NCBI GenBank assembly: GCA_963841915.1
Contig: CAWJEN010000005.1
Span: 256,001 to 320,000, forward strand
Reading direction: 5' to 3'
DNA: 64,000 nt
Source: an uncultured Planctomycetota bacterium
GTDB lineage: Bacteria; Planctomycetota; Phycisphaerae; Tepidisphaerales; Tepidisphaeraceae
The translations under genes and the position numbers were made by a program. The notes below the pieces were generated by a model. It did no database searches. It saw only the letters and a list, made by a program, of their open reading frames with translations, and was not told where the DNA came from. Of the stretch, positions 36,380-46,082 are shown piece after piece (positions within the stretch are counted from its first letter, which is position 1; the number at the start of each line of letters is the position of its first letter).

Positions 36380-39300
36380 GCCGTCACCGCCTCTGCGTAG
36401 TGAACTTGCTGTGCTTCGGCCGTGAGGTCGACCTCGTCATCCGGATCAGGCCGAAGGCGGAAGCCGAATTTCTCTTTGGCGTCCATGACGAGACTGAGCA
36501 TTGCGGGCGTGACGAAGAGCGTGAAGACGGTCGAGACGAAAAGCCCACCGACGACGACGGCACCTAGGCCGCGGTACAGCTCGGTGCCGCTGCCGGGGAT
36601 GAGCACGAGCGGCAGCATGCCACCGACGCTGGTGAGCATCGACATGAAGATGGGCCGCACGCGGCTGCGGACTGCTTCGGTAATTGCACGACGCGGGCTG
36701 ACACCTGCGTCGTCCGTCTCGCCGTGGCAGTCGACGCAGGATTCGTCGAGTTCTTCAGGCGTCATGCGCAGGAAGCCGACCGCCTGCTCGACGATGAGGA
36801 TGGCATTGTTGACCACTGTGCCGGCGAGAATGATGAATCCGAGCATCGCCAGCACGTCGAGGTTCGTCGTCGGCAGGTAGCGGCTATTGCCCGTCCAGAG
36901 GTTGACCAGAAACAAGCCCAGGAAGCCGCCGAACGTGGCGAGCGGCACGGTGAGCATGATGACCAGCGGGTAGCTCCACGACTGGAACAACACGCACATC
37001 AGCAGGTAGACGACGAGCAGTGCGACGACGACGCTCGAGCCGAGCGTGCCGAAGAACGTGCCGTCACCGAGCAGCGTTTGCTGGATGTCAGTCAGGGCGT
37101 CCGCCGTTCCGCTGACGCCGACACTGACACTTTGCGGAATACGACCCTGGCTGCGAAGGTCGTCGACGATGCTGTTGATTTGCTCGACCGCCGCCGCCAA
37201 CGGCACGCCAGAACCGGCGGTGACTTCGAGCGTCACCGCCCGCTCTCCGGCTACGCGGCGGATCGTCGTCGGCGACACCTGTTCCTCAAAGGTCGCCACG
37301 TCACGCAGCGCGACCGTCGCGCCACTTGGCGTGGCAACGGGTGCTTCGGCTAACTGCGACAGCGAGTTGCCGTTGTCACTGCCGTCGGCGACGGATTGCG
37401 TCAGGATCGTGACGTCGCGTAGCTCGTCGGGAAACTGGTAGGCATCCCGAAGGATGATGCCGTCACCGAACGCCTGTGCGCTGAGGCCGACGTCGGCTTC
37501 GGTTAGTCCGACGTCGCTGGCACGAAGCGCGTCGGGCTTGATCGACAGCTCAGGGCCGTTGACGTTGAAGTTGGACGGCTTGGGAACGGTTGACTCGAAG
37601 TTGCCCAGGAGCGCCGGGAACATTGCGTCGGCGGCGGCTTGGACCTCCTCAAGGTTCTGCCCGGTGATGTCGATCCCGATCGCTGCGCCGCTGCCACCGC
37701 CTAGACTGAAGATCGGCAATTGGAAGGCGAACGAGAATGCGCCGGGCAGATCCTTCGTCGCTGTTGCGAACAACGGCTCCATGTCGACGACACGGTTTTG
37801 GTCGAGGCTGATGGCGCCGTGGAAAATCGTGTCCTGACCGGCGAGTCCGACGATGAAGTAGTTCTCCAGGGGCGGCGGCGTTACGGTGAGCATCGGCCCG
37901 CCCGGCTCCGACGGCACGGTGACCGAAGGCAACGAGGCACTGGCTTCGTCAAGCTCGCGTTCGCCCTTCATTACGTCGTAGCCGCTCGTGAAGTACGGCT
38001 CGAAGTTGTCGACCACTTCGTCGGCCATCGTGCCGAGCTTGTCGATGTTGTACCCGGGCGGCGGAATGATCAGCCCGAAGACGATGTTGCGGTTGCCCTT
38101 GGGCAGATAGTCGAACGGCGGCAAGAGCGCAAGCACACCGACGACCACCAGCACGAGCGAGACGGCGACGAGCCCGATGCGGGCGAAGATGGAGCCGTTG
38201 ATGGTGTGCGTCGTGTCGGCCACGAAGCTGGGGATGCGGCCGAAGACGTTGACCTTCTCGAACGCCGCCGCCGCTTTGGCGGTGAAGGCGTTGCGGCCTT
38301 GCGGCGTGCCGTTGTCGCTCTTGGGCTTGAGCAGGATTGCCGCCGCCGACGGAATGACGATCACACTGACGACGTAGCTGATGAGCACCGACGCACAGAT
38401 CGCGATGCCGAGGTCACGGAACAGCTGGCCGACCTGCTGCTCGATGAGCAGGATCGGCACGAAGACGACGACCGTCGTCAGCGTGCTGGCCAGCACCGCA
38501 AGGGCCACTTCCTTCGTGCCGTCGTATGCCGCCTTGGCGGGCTTCTTGCCCATCTCGAGGTGGCGATAGATGTTCTCCAGCACGACGATCGAGTTGTCGA
38601 CGACGAGCCCGATCGCAAATGCCGCCCCGGCCAGGCTGACGACGTTGACCGTCCGCCCGAGCGCGATCATGGCCAAACTCGCGCCGAGCACGCTTGTCGG
38701 GATGGCCAACGCGATGATGCCGACGCTGCGGATGCTCCGCAAGAACAAAAGCAGCACGAACACGGCCAAACCAGCACCGATGAACAGGTTGTCCCGCACC
38801 GTGCCGATCGCCTGCTCGACGTAGATCGTCTGGTCGTACACCTGGCGAAGCCGCACGGTGCCTTCGAGCCCTTGCCGCTCGGCGTAGCTGTCGAGCATCC
38901 CGCCCTCGGCGTTCATCTCGGCCATCGTCTGCTTCATTCGGCCCATGACGCTCAGCACGTTGCTGCCGAGCTCACGCTGGAAGTTCATCGCCAACACCGG
39001 CACCCCGCGACTGCGGATGAAGCTGCTCGCCTCGCGATAGTTCTCGACCACCTCTGCCACATCCGACAGGTAAACCGGGCCCGACGCATCCTGCCTCAGG
39101 ATCGTCCCGTTGGCCTCTTCGATCGAGTCCCACTGCGAAGGCACACGCAGCGCCACGTCGTAGCTGCCCCGCTGCAAAGCACCGGCGGAAAAGTCTCTAT
39201 TCGACGACTCGATGGCCCCGACGAGCTGCGACATTGTCATGCCGCGTCGGGCGAGCTTCTCGGGGTCGACGCGCACCTGCAGCTCGCGCTCCCGGCCACC

Positions 39301-39855
39301 GAGCACATTGACCTGGCTGACGCCTTCGAGTCGCTCGAGTCGCGGCGCGATGTTGTTCTCGACGAAGTCGAAGATCTGCTGAACGTCGCTGTTAGGAATG
39401 GGCGTGCCGTCGGCTTCTTCGCGCTCGACGACGACCCAGGCGATGTAGTCGTTGCTCTCCGGATCCTCGGCCTCGACGACCGGCTGGAGCACGTTGGGCG
39501 GATAACCCGGCACGCGGCTGATGAGCTGGTCAACCTCATACGTCGCCGCCTCGACGTCGACACCAATGCCGAGCTCGATGCGAATCTGCCCCTGACCGCG
39601 ATTGGCGGTAGAGGTCAATCGTTCGAGGCCCGAGAGCTCACGCAGAACGTCTTCCTGCTCGACGAGGATGTCGTTTTCCACCTGTGCCGGATCGGCGTTG
39701 GGGTAGATCGTCGTGACGCTGATGACGCCCTTCTGGATCTCCGGGGCCATCTCGACCGGCACGCCGGTGAAAGCGAGATAGCCAGCCAGGATCGTCAACA
39801 CGATGCCGACGGCGACCGTGATCGGTTGACGGATGGCAAGACTGATCGGATTCAT
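36376..39855 (-). CDS. RND efflux permease (AcrB/AcrD/AcrF family)
   Basis: GLVVDNSIVVLENI, STLTTVVVFVP, GTVVNNAILIV, RVRPIFMS. Confidence 0.95.
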   Translation of the reverse strand: MNPISLAIRQPITVAVGIVLTILAGYLAFTGVPVEMAPEIQKGVISVTTIYPNADPAQVENDILVEQEDVLRELSGLERLTSTANRGQGQIRIELGIGVDVEAATYEVDQLISRVPGYPPNVLQPVVEAEDPESNDYIAWVVVEREEADGTPIPNSDVQQIFDFVENNIAPRLERLEGVSQVNVLGGRERELQVRVDPEKLARRGMTMSQLVGAIESSNRDFSAGALQRGSYDVALRVPSQWDSIEEANGTILRQDASGPVYLSDVAEVVENYREASSFIRSRGVPVLAMNFQRELGSNVLSVMGRMKQTMAEMNAEGGMLDSYAERQGLEGTVRLRQVYDQTIYVEQAIGTVRDNLFIGAGLAVFVLLLFLRSIRSVGIIALAIPTSVLGASLAMIALGRTVNVVSLAGAAFAIGLVVDNSIVVLENIYRHLEMGKKPAKAAYDGTKEVALAVLASTLTTVVVFVPILLIEQQVGQLFRDLGIAICASVLISYVVSVIVIPSAAAILLKPKSDNGTPQGRNAFTAKAAAAFEKVNVFGRIPSFVADTTHTINGSIFARIGLVAVSLVLVVVGVLALLPPFDYLPKGNRNIVFGLIIPPPGYNIDKLGTMADEVVDNFEPYFTSGYDVMKGERELDEASASLPSVTVPSEPGGPMLTVTPPPLENYFIVGLAGQDTIFHGAISLDQNRVVDMEPLFATATKDLPGAFSFAFQLPIFSLGGGSGAAIGIDITGQNLEEVQAAADAMFPALLGNFESTVPKPSNFNVNGPELSIKPDALRASDVGLTEADVGLSAQAFGDGIILRDAYQFPDELRDVTILTQSVADGSDNGNSLSQLAEAPVATPSGATVALRDVATFEEQVSPTTIRRVAGERAVTLEVTAGSGVPLAAAVEQINSIVDDLRSQGRIPQSVSVGVSGTADALTDIQQTLLGDGTFFGTLGSSVVVALLVVYLLMCVLFQSWSYPLVIMLTVPLATFGGFLGLFLVNLWTGNSRYLPTTNLDVLAMLGFIILAGTVVNNAILIVEQAVGFLRMTPEELDESCVDCHGETDDAGVSPRRAITEAVRSRVRPIFMSMLTSVGGMLPLVLIPGSGTELYRGLGAVVVGGLFVSTVFTLFVTPAMLSLVMDAKEKFGFRLRPDPDDEVDLTAEAQQVHYAEAVTA

Positions 39856-41120
39856 TGAACACCGCCTTCAGGCTGCGTCGCAGGGGCGGCCGGCTGCATC
39901 TCCGAGGCGTCGCTTTCGCCGGTGGCAGGTGCTTCCTTGAGCGATTGCCCGGCGAATAACACGCGCTCGCCGCCTTGCACTACGAGCTGCGTGCCCGGCT
40001 GCAACGGTCCGGCCGGAGGTGTGGCAAGGACTGCCATCCCGTCTTGGACGTAGAGCACTTCGATAAACGACGGCACCGCCGCCGGCGGACCTTCGCCGTC
40101 ACCAAGGGCGAGGTAAATGAACGTGCCGTTGGTTCCGCGACGGATCGCGTCGTTCGGCACCACCAGCCGAGGCGCTTCAGCGCCCGCCGGCAGTCGGGCG
40201 GTCACGCTCGAGCCGGGCGTCAGATTCGTGCCCTCAGGTGGTGTCACATCTGCAATGACGAGATAGCGACGCGATCGCGGATCGACGTCTTCGACCACGC
40301 GAATCGAATCCGGAACGAGCACCTGACCGGTCGCGTCAACCGAAATCAGAAATGCCTCCGGCGACGCGTCACGGACGGCCGACGCTGAGAGCGATTCGGG
40401 CGCGTCGAGCACGGCCTCGTACGTGCCGGTACTGGCAAGAACGGCCACGGCGTCTCCCGACTGCAGGTACTCGCCAACCTCGACCATGCGCATCAGGATG
40501 CGGCCGTCGAAGGGCGCACGAATGGTCAGGTCATCCTCGCGAACGTCGAGACGGCCGAGCCGCGTCTGCACGGCGGCGACTTGCTTCTGAACAGCTTCGA
40601 CCTTGGCCTCTGCAACACTGACGGCCGTTCGGCCCTGGCGAAGATCGATCTCACTCACCGCACCGGCGGCACGACCGGCGGCGGCCTCGCGACTCTGCAG
40701 GTCCGACCGCACCCGCTCCAGCTCCGCCTGCTCCTCGGCCACCCTTGCCTCGGCCGTCGCCAAGTCGGCCTCGGCCTCTGCACGATCTTCAGACAAGCGA
40801 CGACCATCCAGCACGAGCAGCACGTCACCGGCAGTCACTTCCTGCGCTTCATCAAACGCGATGGACTGCACGCGACCGGGCTCAATGGTCGCCACCTGGC
40901 TCCGCTGCTTGGCCCGCAGGTTGCCGGTCACGCGACGCGTCTCGAGCACCGTCTGCATCTCGATTGCACCGGTCCGCACGAGCGCCATCGGCGGGCCACC
41001 ACCACCCGGAGGACCGCCGCCTTCACCTTCTGCAGAATCGGCCTCGTCGCCACATCCCGCCGCCAAAAGCGAGAGAGTGAGCATCAACACAGCCGACTGA
41101 CGAGGGCCTGGGAGCAACAT
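39852..41120 (-). CDS. RND efflux periplasmic adaptor subunit
   Basis: Lipobox AAGC, GRV..I.FDE...V..GDVL, IRAPFDGRI, helical hairpin. Confidence 0.92.
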   Translation of the reverse strand: MLLPGPRQSAVLMLTLSLLAAGCGDEADSAEGEGGGPPGGGGPPMALVRTGAIEMQTVLETRRVTGNLRAKQRSQVATIEPGRVQSIAFDEAQEVTAGDVLLVLDGRRLSEDRAEAEADLATAEARVAEEQAELERVRSDLQSREAAAGRAAGAVSEIDLRQGRTAVSVAEAKVEAVQKQVAAVQTRLGRLDVREDDLTIRAPFDGRILMRMVEVGEYLQSGDAVAVLASTGTYEAVLDAPESLSASAVRDASPEAFLISVDATGQVLVPDSIRVVEDVDPRSRRYLVIADVTPPEGTNLTPGSSVTARLPAGAEAPRLVVPNDAIRRGTNGTFIYLALGDGEGPPAAVPSFIEVLYVQDGMAVLATPPAGPLQPGTQLVVQGGERVLFAGQSLKEAPATGESDASEMQPAAPATQPEGGVQ

Positions 41121-41187
41121 CACGTTGTCACCGTAGCGACTGTCGAACCCGGCAGACAACCCAAACTGTTAGATGATCGTGAAAGGT

Positions 41188-41203
41188 TAAAACAGTCGTT
41201 TGA
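41188..41203. promoter_or_regulatory. Possible TetR-type operator upstream of the RND operon
   Basis: TAAAAC-AGTC-GTTTGA imperfect palindrome in an AT-rich intergenic patch; no TetR gene in the window. Confidence 0.3.
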
Positions 41204-41233
41204 TTTCAGGAGAAGCCGGTCAAATTTTTCTCA

Positions 41234-42340
41234 TCACCGCACAACGCTCTTGCCTCGAAACAACGCATCGGCCAGCCGATCGGTCATGATCGGATTCCTG
41301 AACATGAGGGGCAGCAGGAACTTCATGTTCTGCTGCGGGCCCTGCAGGTACTCGCCCAGCGAGCCGCCCCACGCGCTGCGATAGTCGCCCAACGCATCCT
41401 GGACGTGCACAGCCTTGGCTGCCTTAGCGGCGGTCGCGGCGGCGTAGGTGCCGCTCCAGCACCCCGGGTAGACGTCCTCACCGACGGCCGTCACGAAACC
41501 ACCGGCCGGACCGCACAGCAGCGCGTGCCTCGCCACAACGTCAAATTCCAATGCACCGGCTGGGGTTACAGGTGCCGTCCGAATGCTGCGCCCGTCGACC
41601 GTGTCACTGCTCAACACGCCCCCGGCGGCGAGGCGACCGGCGAAGCTCCGCAGCACGTCTCGCGCCTCATCGGCTGCGGCAACCACTGTTATCTGTGCCG
41701 TCGTGCCTGTCGCGACGAGCATGCCCCAGGCCCCGGTCTCGTTAAGATCGAGGGCAGCGTGCGCGAGGCCCGCGTCGAGCGTCGCGTTGACATCGAGCAT
41801 TGCCATCACCCGCTGCTCGGTCGGCCGTGCGGTGCCGAGCAAAGCAGCCGATTCAGGCTCAAGCGTGTCCGACAGCACGCAGACGCGTGGCCTGATGGTC
41901 GTGCGACCGACAGTCAGTAAGATGCCGCTCTCGTCGACCTCGTTCACCGTCACACGTCCGGGCAGACGCCGAATGCCCGCGGCTTCGACCCGCTCACGAA
42001 GCAGCAATATCAGGTCGGCCAGCTTCAGGACCGCCGGTGCCTCACCGTCGGCAAAGGCGTCTGTCGTCTCTGCCACCTTGCCGTCGGCGGCGTGGAAGCG
42101 GACGCTCGTGATTCGGCCGACGCTGTCGCCTTGCAACACATCTGCAAGCGCGGGCAGCAGCTGAATCATGCTCGGATTAATCGTGACGAGCCGGCCTGCG
42201 TCGCTGAATGTGCTCGGGTCGGCGATAGCGGCGTCTGCCTTGAGGGCGTTGAGCTTCAGCGCTGCGACGAGGGCCGCCGGATGATTGCCGATGACCAACG
42301 TCGTCGGGCCTTCGGCCTTGCCTGCAGCTTTTTTCGCCAT
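41234..42340 (-). CDS. Divergent NAD(P)/FAD-dependent oxidoreductase (geranylgeranyl reductase-like)
   Basis: N-terminal VIG..PA..VAA and LLCGPAGGFV...GEDVYP...SG..AA resemble GGR-family motifs. Confidence 0.6.
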   Translation of the reverse strand: MAKKAAGKAEGPTTLVIGNHPAALVAALKLNALKADAAIADPSTFSDAGRLVTINPSMIQLLPALADVLQGDSVGRITSVRFHAADGKVAETTDAFADGEAPAVLKLADLILLLRERVEAAGIRRLPGRVTVNEVDESGILLTVGRTTIRPRVCVLSDTLEPESAALLGTARPTEQRVMAMLDVNATLDAGLAHAALDLNETGAWGMLVATGTTAQITVVAAADEARDVLRSFAGRLAAGGVLSSDTVDGRSIRTAPVTPAGALEFDVVARHALLCGPAGGFVTAVGEDVYPGCWSGTYAAATAAKAAKAVHVQDALGDYRSAWGGSLGEYLQGPQQNMKFLLPLMFRNPIMTDRLADALFRGKSVVR

Positions 42341-42363
42341 AGCGCAGCGTAGCGGCCGACCGC

Positions 42364-43260
42364 TCAGGTCGAACGCCGTGCGGCGAACCGGGCCAGCAAC
42401 TGCAGGCCAGAAGCCTTCTCACCGAGCGGATCAAGCTCGGCCACAGCCGCGTCTGCCGCTTCGTCGGCCATTCGTCGTGCTTCGTCAAGGCCGACGAGCG
42501 ACGGATACGTGTTCTTCCCGGCAGTCGCGTCCTTACCCGTCGCCTTTCCGGTCGCCTCGGCCGTGGCGGTGACGTCGAGCACGTCGTCGGCAATCTGAAA
42601 AGCGAGGCCCAGCTGCTGACCGAAGCGACGCAAGCGCCCGATCGTCGCGTCATCTGCCGCCACAGCCAGCCCGCCGAGGACGCAGGCACTGGCCAGCAAT
42701 GCACCAGTCTTGCGTGCGTGGATGTCGCGCAGGCTGTCCAGATCGAGTCGCCGGTTTTCACCGGCAATGTCGAGCGCCTGCCCGCCGATCATGCCGACGA
42801 CGCCCGTCGCGCGGGCGAGTTCACGCACCGTCGCAGCGGCGACGTTGGGCCGCTCCGCGTAGCCGATGGCGAGTACCTCGAAGGCCATCGCGCGAAGCGC
42901 GTCACCGGCGAGCACGGCTGCGGCTTCGTCGAACTGCTTGTGCACCGTCGGTCGGCCCCGCCGAAGGTCGTCGTCATCCATAGCCGGCAGGTCGTCGTGC
43001 ACAAGGCTGAACGTGTGCACCAGCTCTACCGCCGCCGCGGCAGGTAAAGCATCGTCGGCTCGCCCACCGCAGGCCATGGCAGCTTCGATCGTCAGCGTCG
43101 GCCGCAACCGCTTCCCGCGGCCGGCCAGCGCGTACTGCAACGGTTCGACCGCCGCCTTCGGAGCGTCAGACAGGCCGCACATCGACGGCACCGACTCGGC
43201 CAGAAACGTTTCGATCAGCCGTGCGTGGTCCACCAGCAAGCTCGGAACATCGCCCGTCAC
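42364..43260 (-). CDS. ispA: Polyprenyl (farnesyl/geranylgeranyl) diphosphate synthase
   Basis: GKRLRP, HDDLPAMDDDDLRRG.P, KTGAL, FQIADD; GTG start overlaps the xseB stop. Confidence 0.95.
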   Translation of the reverse strand: MTGDVPSLLVDHARLIETFLAESVPSMCGLSDAPKAAVEPLQYALAGRGKRLRPTLTIEAAMACGGRADDALPAAAAVELVHTFSLVHDDLPAMDDDDLRRGRPTVHKQFDEAAAVLAGDALRAMAFEVLAIGYAERPNVAAATVRELARATGVVGMIGGQALDIAGENRRLDLDSLRDIHARKTGALLASACVLGGLAVAADDATIGRLRRFGQQLGLAFQIADDVLDVTATAEATGKATGKDATAGKNTYPSLVGLDEARRMADEAADAAVAELDPLGEKASGLQLLARFAARRST

Positions 43261-43514
43261 GAGTCGTCCCTCGTCGGCCGACTCGCCAGCTTGCCGGCGC
43301 TTGTCTTTGACAACTGCTCGATCTTCTCTTCGGCGGCGTTGAGCTGATCCTGACATTGCTGCACGAGCACGGTGCCGCGTTCGTAGAGCTTCAGCGACTC
43401 GTCGAGTGGAACGTCGCCCAACTCCATCTTGGCCGTGATGGCTTCAAGTTCCGCCAGCGCTTCCTCGAACGTAGATTGGGTGTCGCTCCCTTGTGCGTCG
43501 CTCCGCTTGGCCAT
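43257..43514 (-). CDS. xseB: Exodeoxyribonuclease VII small subunit
   Basis: TFEEALAELE.I..KME.GD.PLDESL.LYERG. Confidence 0.95.
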   Translation of the reverse strand: MAKRSDAQGSDTQSTFEEALAELEAITAKMELGDVPLDESLKLYERGTVLVQQCQDQLNAAEEKIEQLSKTSAGKLASRPTRDDS

Positions 43515-43622
43515 GGCCGCATTGTTAGGCGGCTGCGTTGCCCGAGGTTCGGAACTTGCGACAGCAGCCTTCTCAGGTTGCATGTGGGTTGATGTACGTC
43601 CGGCTGGTAAGCTGTGGTCGCT

Positions 43623-44957
43623 ATGTCCGCAACCGCCCTAGGCGAGCTCCATCGCCAGCACACCGAGTACATCGCTCCTGCCGCGTCACCACAGGCAGAG
43701 CGATGGATTCAACGATACAAAATCGTCCGCAGCGCGATGACCGATCTGGTCGCCCCGCTGGCACGCGAAGACACGGTCATCCAGACGATGCCGGACGTCT
43801 CGCCGACGAAGTGGCATCTGGGACACACGAGCTGGTTCTTTGAGCAGTTTCTTCTGGTCGATGGCCCGACTGCCGACGCGGGATACGAGCCGTTCCACGA
43901 CAGGTTCGCCTACATCTTTAACAGCTATTACGTCACGGTCGGTGATCGGCACTGTCGCATCAAGCGAGGCACGCTCAGCCGCCCGACCCTCGACGAGGTC
44001 ATACAGTACCGCCAGCACGTCGACCGGCACGTCGTCGAGCTCATCAGCAGGGCCGACGAAGCGGACCTTGCCCGGCTCACACCGCTCATCGAGATCGGGC
44101 TCAATCACGAGCAACAGCACGTCGAGCTTGCCTACACCGACATTAAGCACGTCTTCAGCTGCAACCCGCTTTACCCGGCGTACCGCCAGACACAGCCGAC
44201 GCCGTCGAAGGCGACGCCACTGAGTTTTCTGCGGGTCGCTGGAGGCCTCTGCGAGATCGGGTACGACGGTGCCGAGTTTGCCTACGACAATGAACAGCCA
44301 CGGCACAAGACGTGGCTCGAGCCCTTCGAGATCGCCGACCGACTCATCACCAACAGCGAGTGGATCGAGTTCATCGACGCCGGCGGGTACGACACCGCCG
44401 CCCATTGGCTCAGCTCCGGCTGGGCAACCATCTGCGGTGACAAGACCAACTGGGCCAGCCCGCTCTACTGGCACCGCGATGCTGACGGCACGTGGAGCGA
44501 GTTCACCCTCAGCGGGCTGAACCAGCTTGATCTTAACGCACCGGTGACGCACTTGAGCTACTTCGAGGCCGACGCTTTTGCCCGTTGGCGTGGTTGTCGC
44601 TTGCCAAGCGAGGCCGAGTGGGAAGTCGCAGCTGCAACGGTGCCGACCGACACAGGCAGCCACCTTGAAGGCGGACTGCTTCATCCCCAGCCCGCCGATG
44701 CCTCGCACGGTGGTCTGAGGCAAATGATGGGTGAGGCCTGGCAATGGACGAAAAGCCAATACGTCGCTTATCCGGGTTATGTCGCACCGGCGGGCGCGCT
44801 CGGCGAGTACAACGGCAAGTTCATGTGCAACCAGTTCGTCCTGCGCGGCTCATCGTGTGTGACGCAAGCGACGCACGCACGAGCGACGTATCGCAACTTC
44901 TTCCCGCCCGACGCGCGATGGCAGTTTACAAGCCTTCGCCTTGCACGAGACGTCTGA
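43623..44957 (+). CDS. egtB: Ergothioneine biosynthesis sulfoxide synthase
   Basis: Q.MPDVSPTKWHLGHTSWFFE, FNSYY, HEQQH, RLPSEAEWE, EYNGKFM, YRNFF. Confidence 0.95.
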   Translation: MSATALGELHRQHTEYIAPAASPQAERWIQRYKIVRSAMTDLVAPLAREDTVIQTMPDVSPTKWHLGHTSWFFEQFLLVDGPTADAGYEPFHDRFAYIFNSYYVTVGDRHCRIKRGTLSRPTLDEVIQYRQHVDRHVVELISRADEADLARLTPLIEIGLNHEQQHVELAYTDIKHVFSCNPLYPAYRQTQPTPSKATPLSFLRVAGGLCEIGYDGAEFAYDNEQPRHKTWLEPFEIADRLITNSEWIEFIDAGGYDTAAHWLSSGWATICGDKTNWASPLYWHRDADGTWSEFTLSGLNQLDLNAPVTHLSYFEADAFARWRGCRLPSEAEWEVAAATVPTDTGSHLEGGLLHPQPADASHGGLRQMMGEAWQWTKSQYVAYPGYVAPAGALGEYNGKFMCNQFVLRGSSCVTQATHARATYRNFFPPDARWQFTSLRLARDV

Positions 44958-45006
44958 GGCGGTCGTTACCACGCTTCTCAAAGTCAATTTCTTAGATCTA
45001 CTATTA

Positions 45007-45972
45007 ATGTCAGACGCTTCAGCTGTACCGATCCTCGACCTGCACCCGCCGGCCGAGGATCTGGCGGCCGAAGTTATTGCCGGCCTCTCGCAGTCGCCGC
45101 AACCGACGTTGCCTGCCAAGTTGTTCTACGACGAGCGAGGGTCCAAGCTCTTTGAGCAGATTTGTGATCTACCGGAGTATTACCCGACGCGGACGGAGGT
45201 GTCGATCCTTGAATCTTGCCGTAATGAGCTGGCAAAGCAGGTCGGCACCGGTGTGACAATCGTCGAGTTCGGCAGCGGATCGACGCGCAAGGTGCGGCTG
45301 TTGCTCGACGCCCTCGATGTCGCGGCCTACGTGCCGGTCGACATCAGTCGTTGGTACCTGCAGGAGGCGGCCAGGGAGCTGACGGCCGACTATCCCGATC
45401 TGCTCGTTCGGCCGGTTCTGGCCGACTATTCGCAGGCGGTGCCGCTGCCTGAAGGTTTGCCAGATGGGCCTCACGTCGGCTTCTTTCCCGGTGGCACGCT
45501 CGGCAACTTTTTGCCTGACGAAGCGGTGGCCTTTCTGAAGCGCGTGGCCGACACGCTCGGCAGCGGTGGCACGCTCGTCATCGGGCACGACCTGCGAAAG
45601 GATCCGGCCGTCATTCACGCCGCGTACAACGACGCTGCAGGCGTAACAGCAGATTTCAACCGCAACGTGCTCGTCCGCCTGAACCGGACGGTGCACGCTG
45701 ATGCAGACGTCAGCCGGTGGCACCACTACGCACCATTTGTCCCGTCCAAGGGCCGCATTGAGATGCACCTGGTGGCCGACGATGATCAAGTGATCCGCGT
45801 TGCAGGCCGAACGTTTAAGTTTGAGCGTGGCGTGTCGATTCGGACCGAGCTGAGCCACAAGTTCACGCCGACGACGTTCGGAGCCCTCGCCGACGCGGCC
45901 GGTTATGACGTGGTGTCGGCATGGACGGACGCTGATCGGTTGTTCCGTGTGGTGGCGATGCGGGTGCGGTGA
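45007..45972 (+). CDS. egtD: L-histidine N-alpha-methyltransferase
   Basis: K.FYDERGS.LFE.IC.LPEYYPTRTE, EFGSGS, AYNDAAGVTADFN.N, TE.SHKF. Confidence 0.95.
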   Translation: MSDASAVPILDLHPPAEDLAAEVIAGLSQSPQPTLPAKLFYDERGSKLFEQICDLPEYYPTRTEVSILESCRNELAKQVGTGVTIVEFGSGSTRKVRLLLDALDVAAYVPVDISRWYLQEAARELTADYPDLLVRPVLADYSQAVPLPEGLPDGPHVGFFPGGTLGNFLPDEAVAFLKRVADTLGSGGTLVIGHDLRKDPAVIHAAYNDAAGVTADFNRNVLVRLNRTVHADADVSRWHHYAPFVPSKGRIEMHLVADDDQVIRVAGRTFKFERGVSIRTELSHKFTPTTFGALADAAGYDVVSAWTDADRLFRVVAMRVR

Positions 45973-46082
45973 GCGACCGATGAAGTTGCAGCACCTTGCG
46001 ACGAGTGATAAAAGGCAGATCGGGCACCGTCGCAGTCACGCATCCGCGTGCCGATGTGGGCCTGTTTCTACCACCACACGCC

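Noticed and set aside
45975..46080. Possible riboswitch upstream of the porin-like gene (also GGCAAAC at about 47343)
   Set aside because: A hairpin is possible, but the c-di-GMP-I GAAA tetraloop/GCAAAG and other aptamer hallmarks are missing
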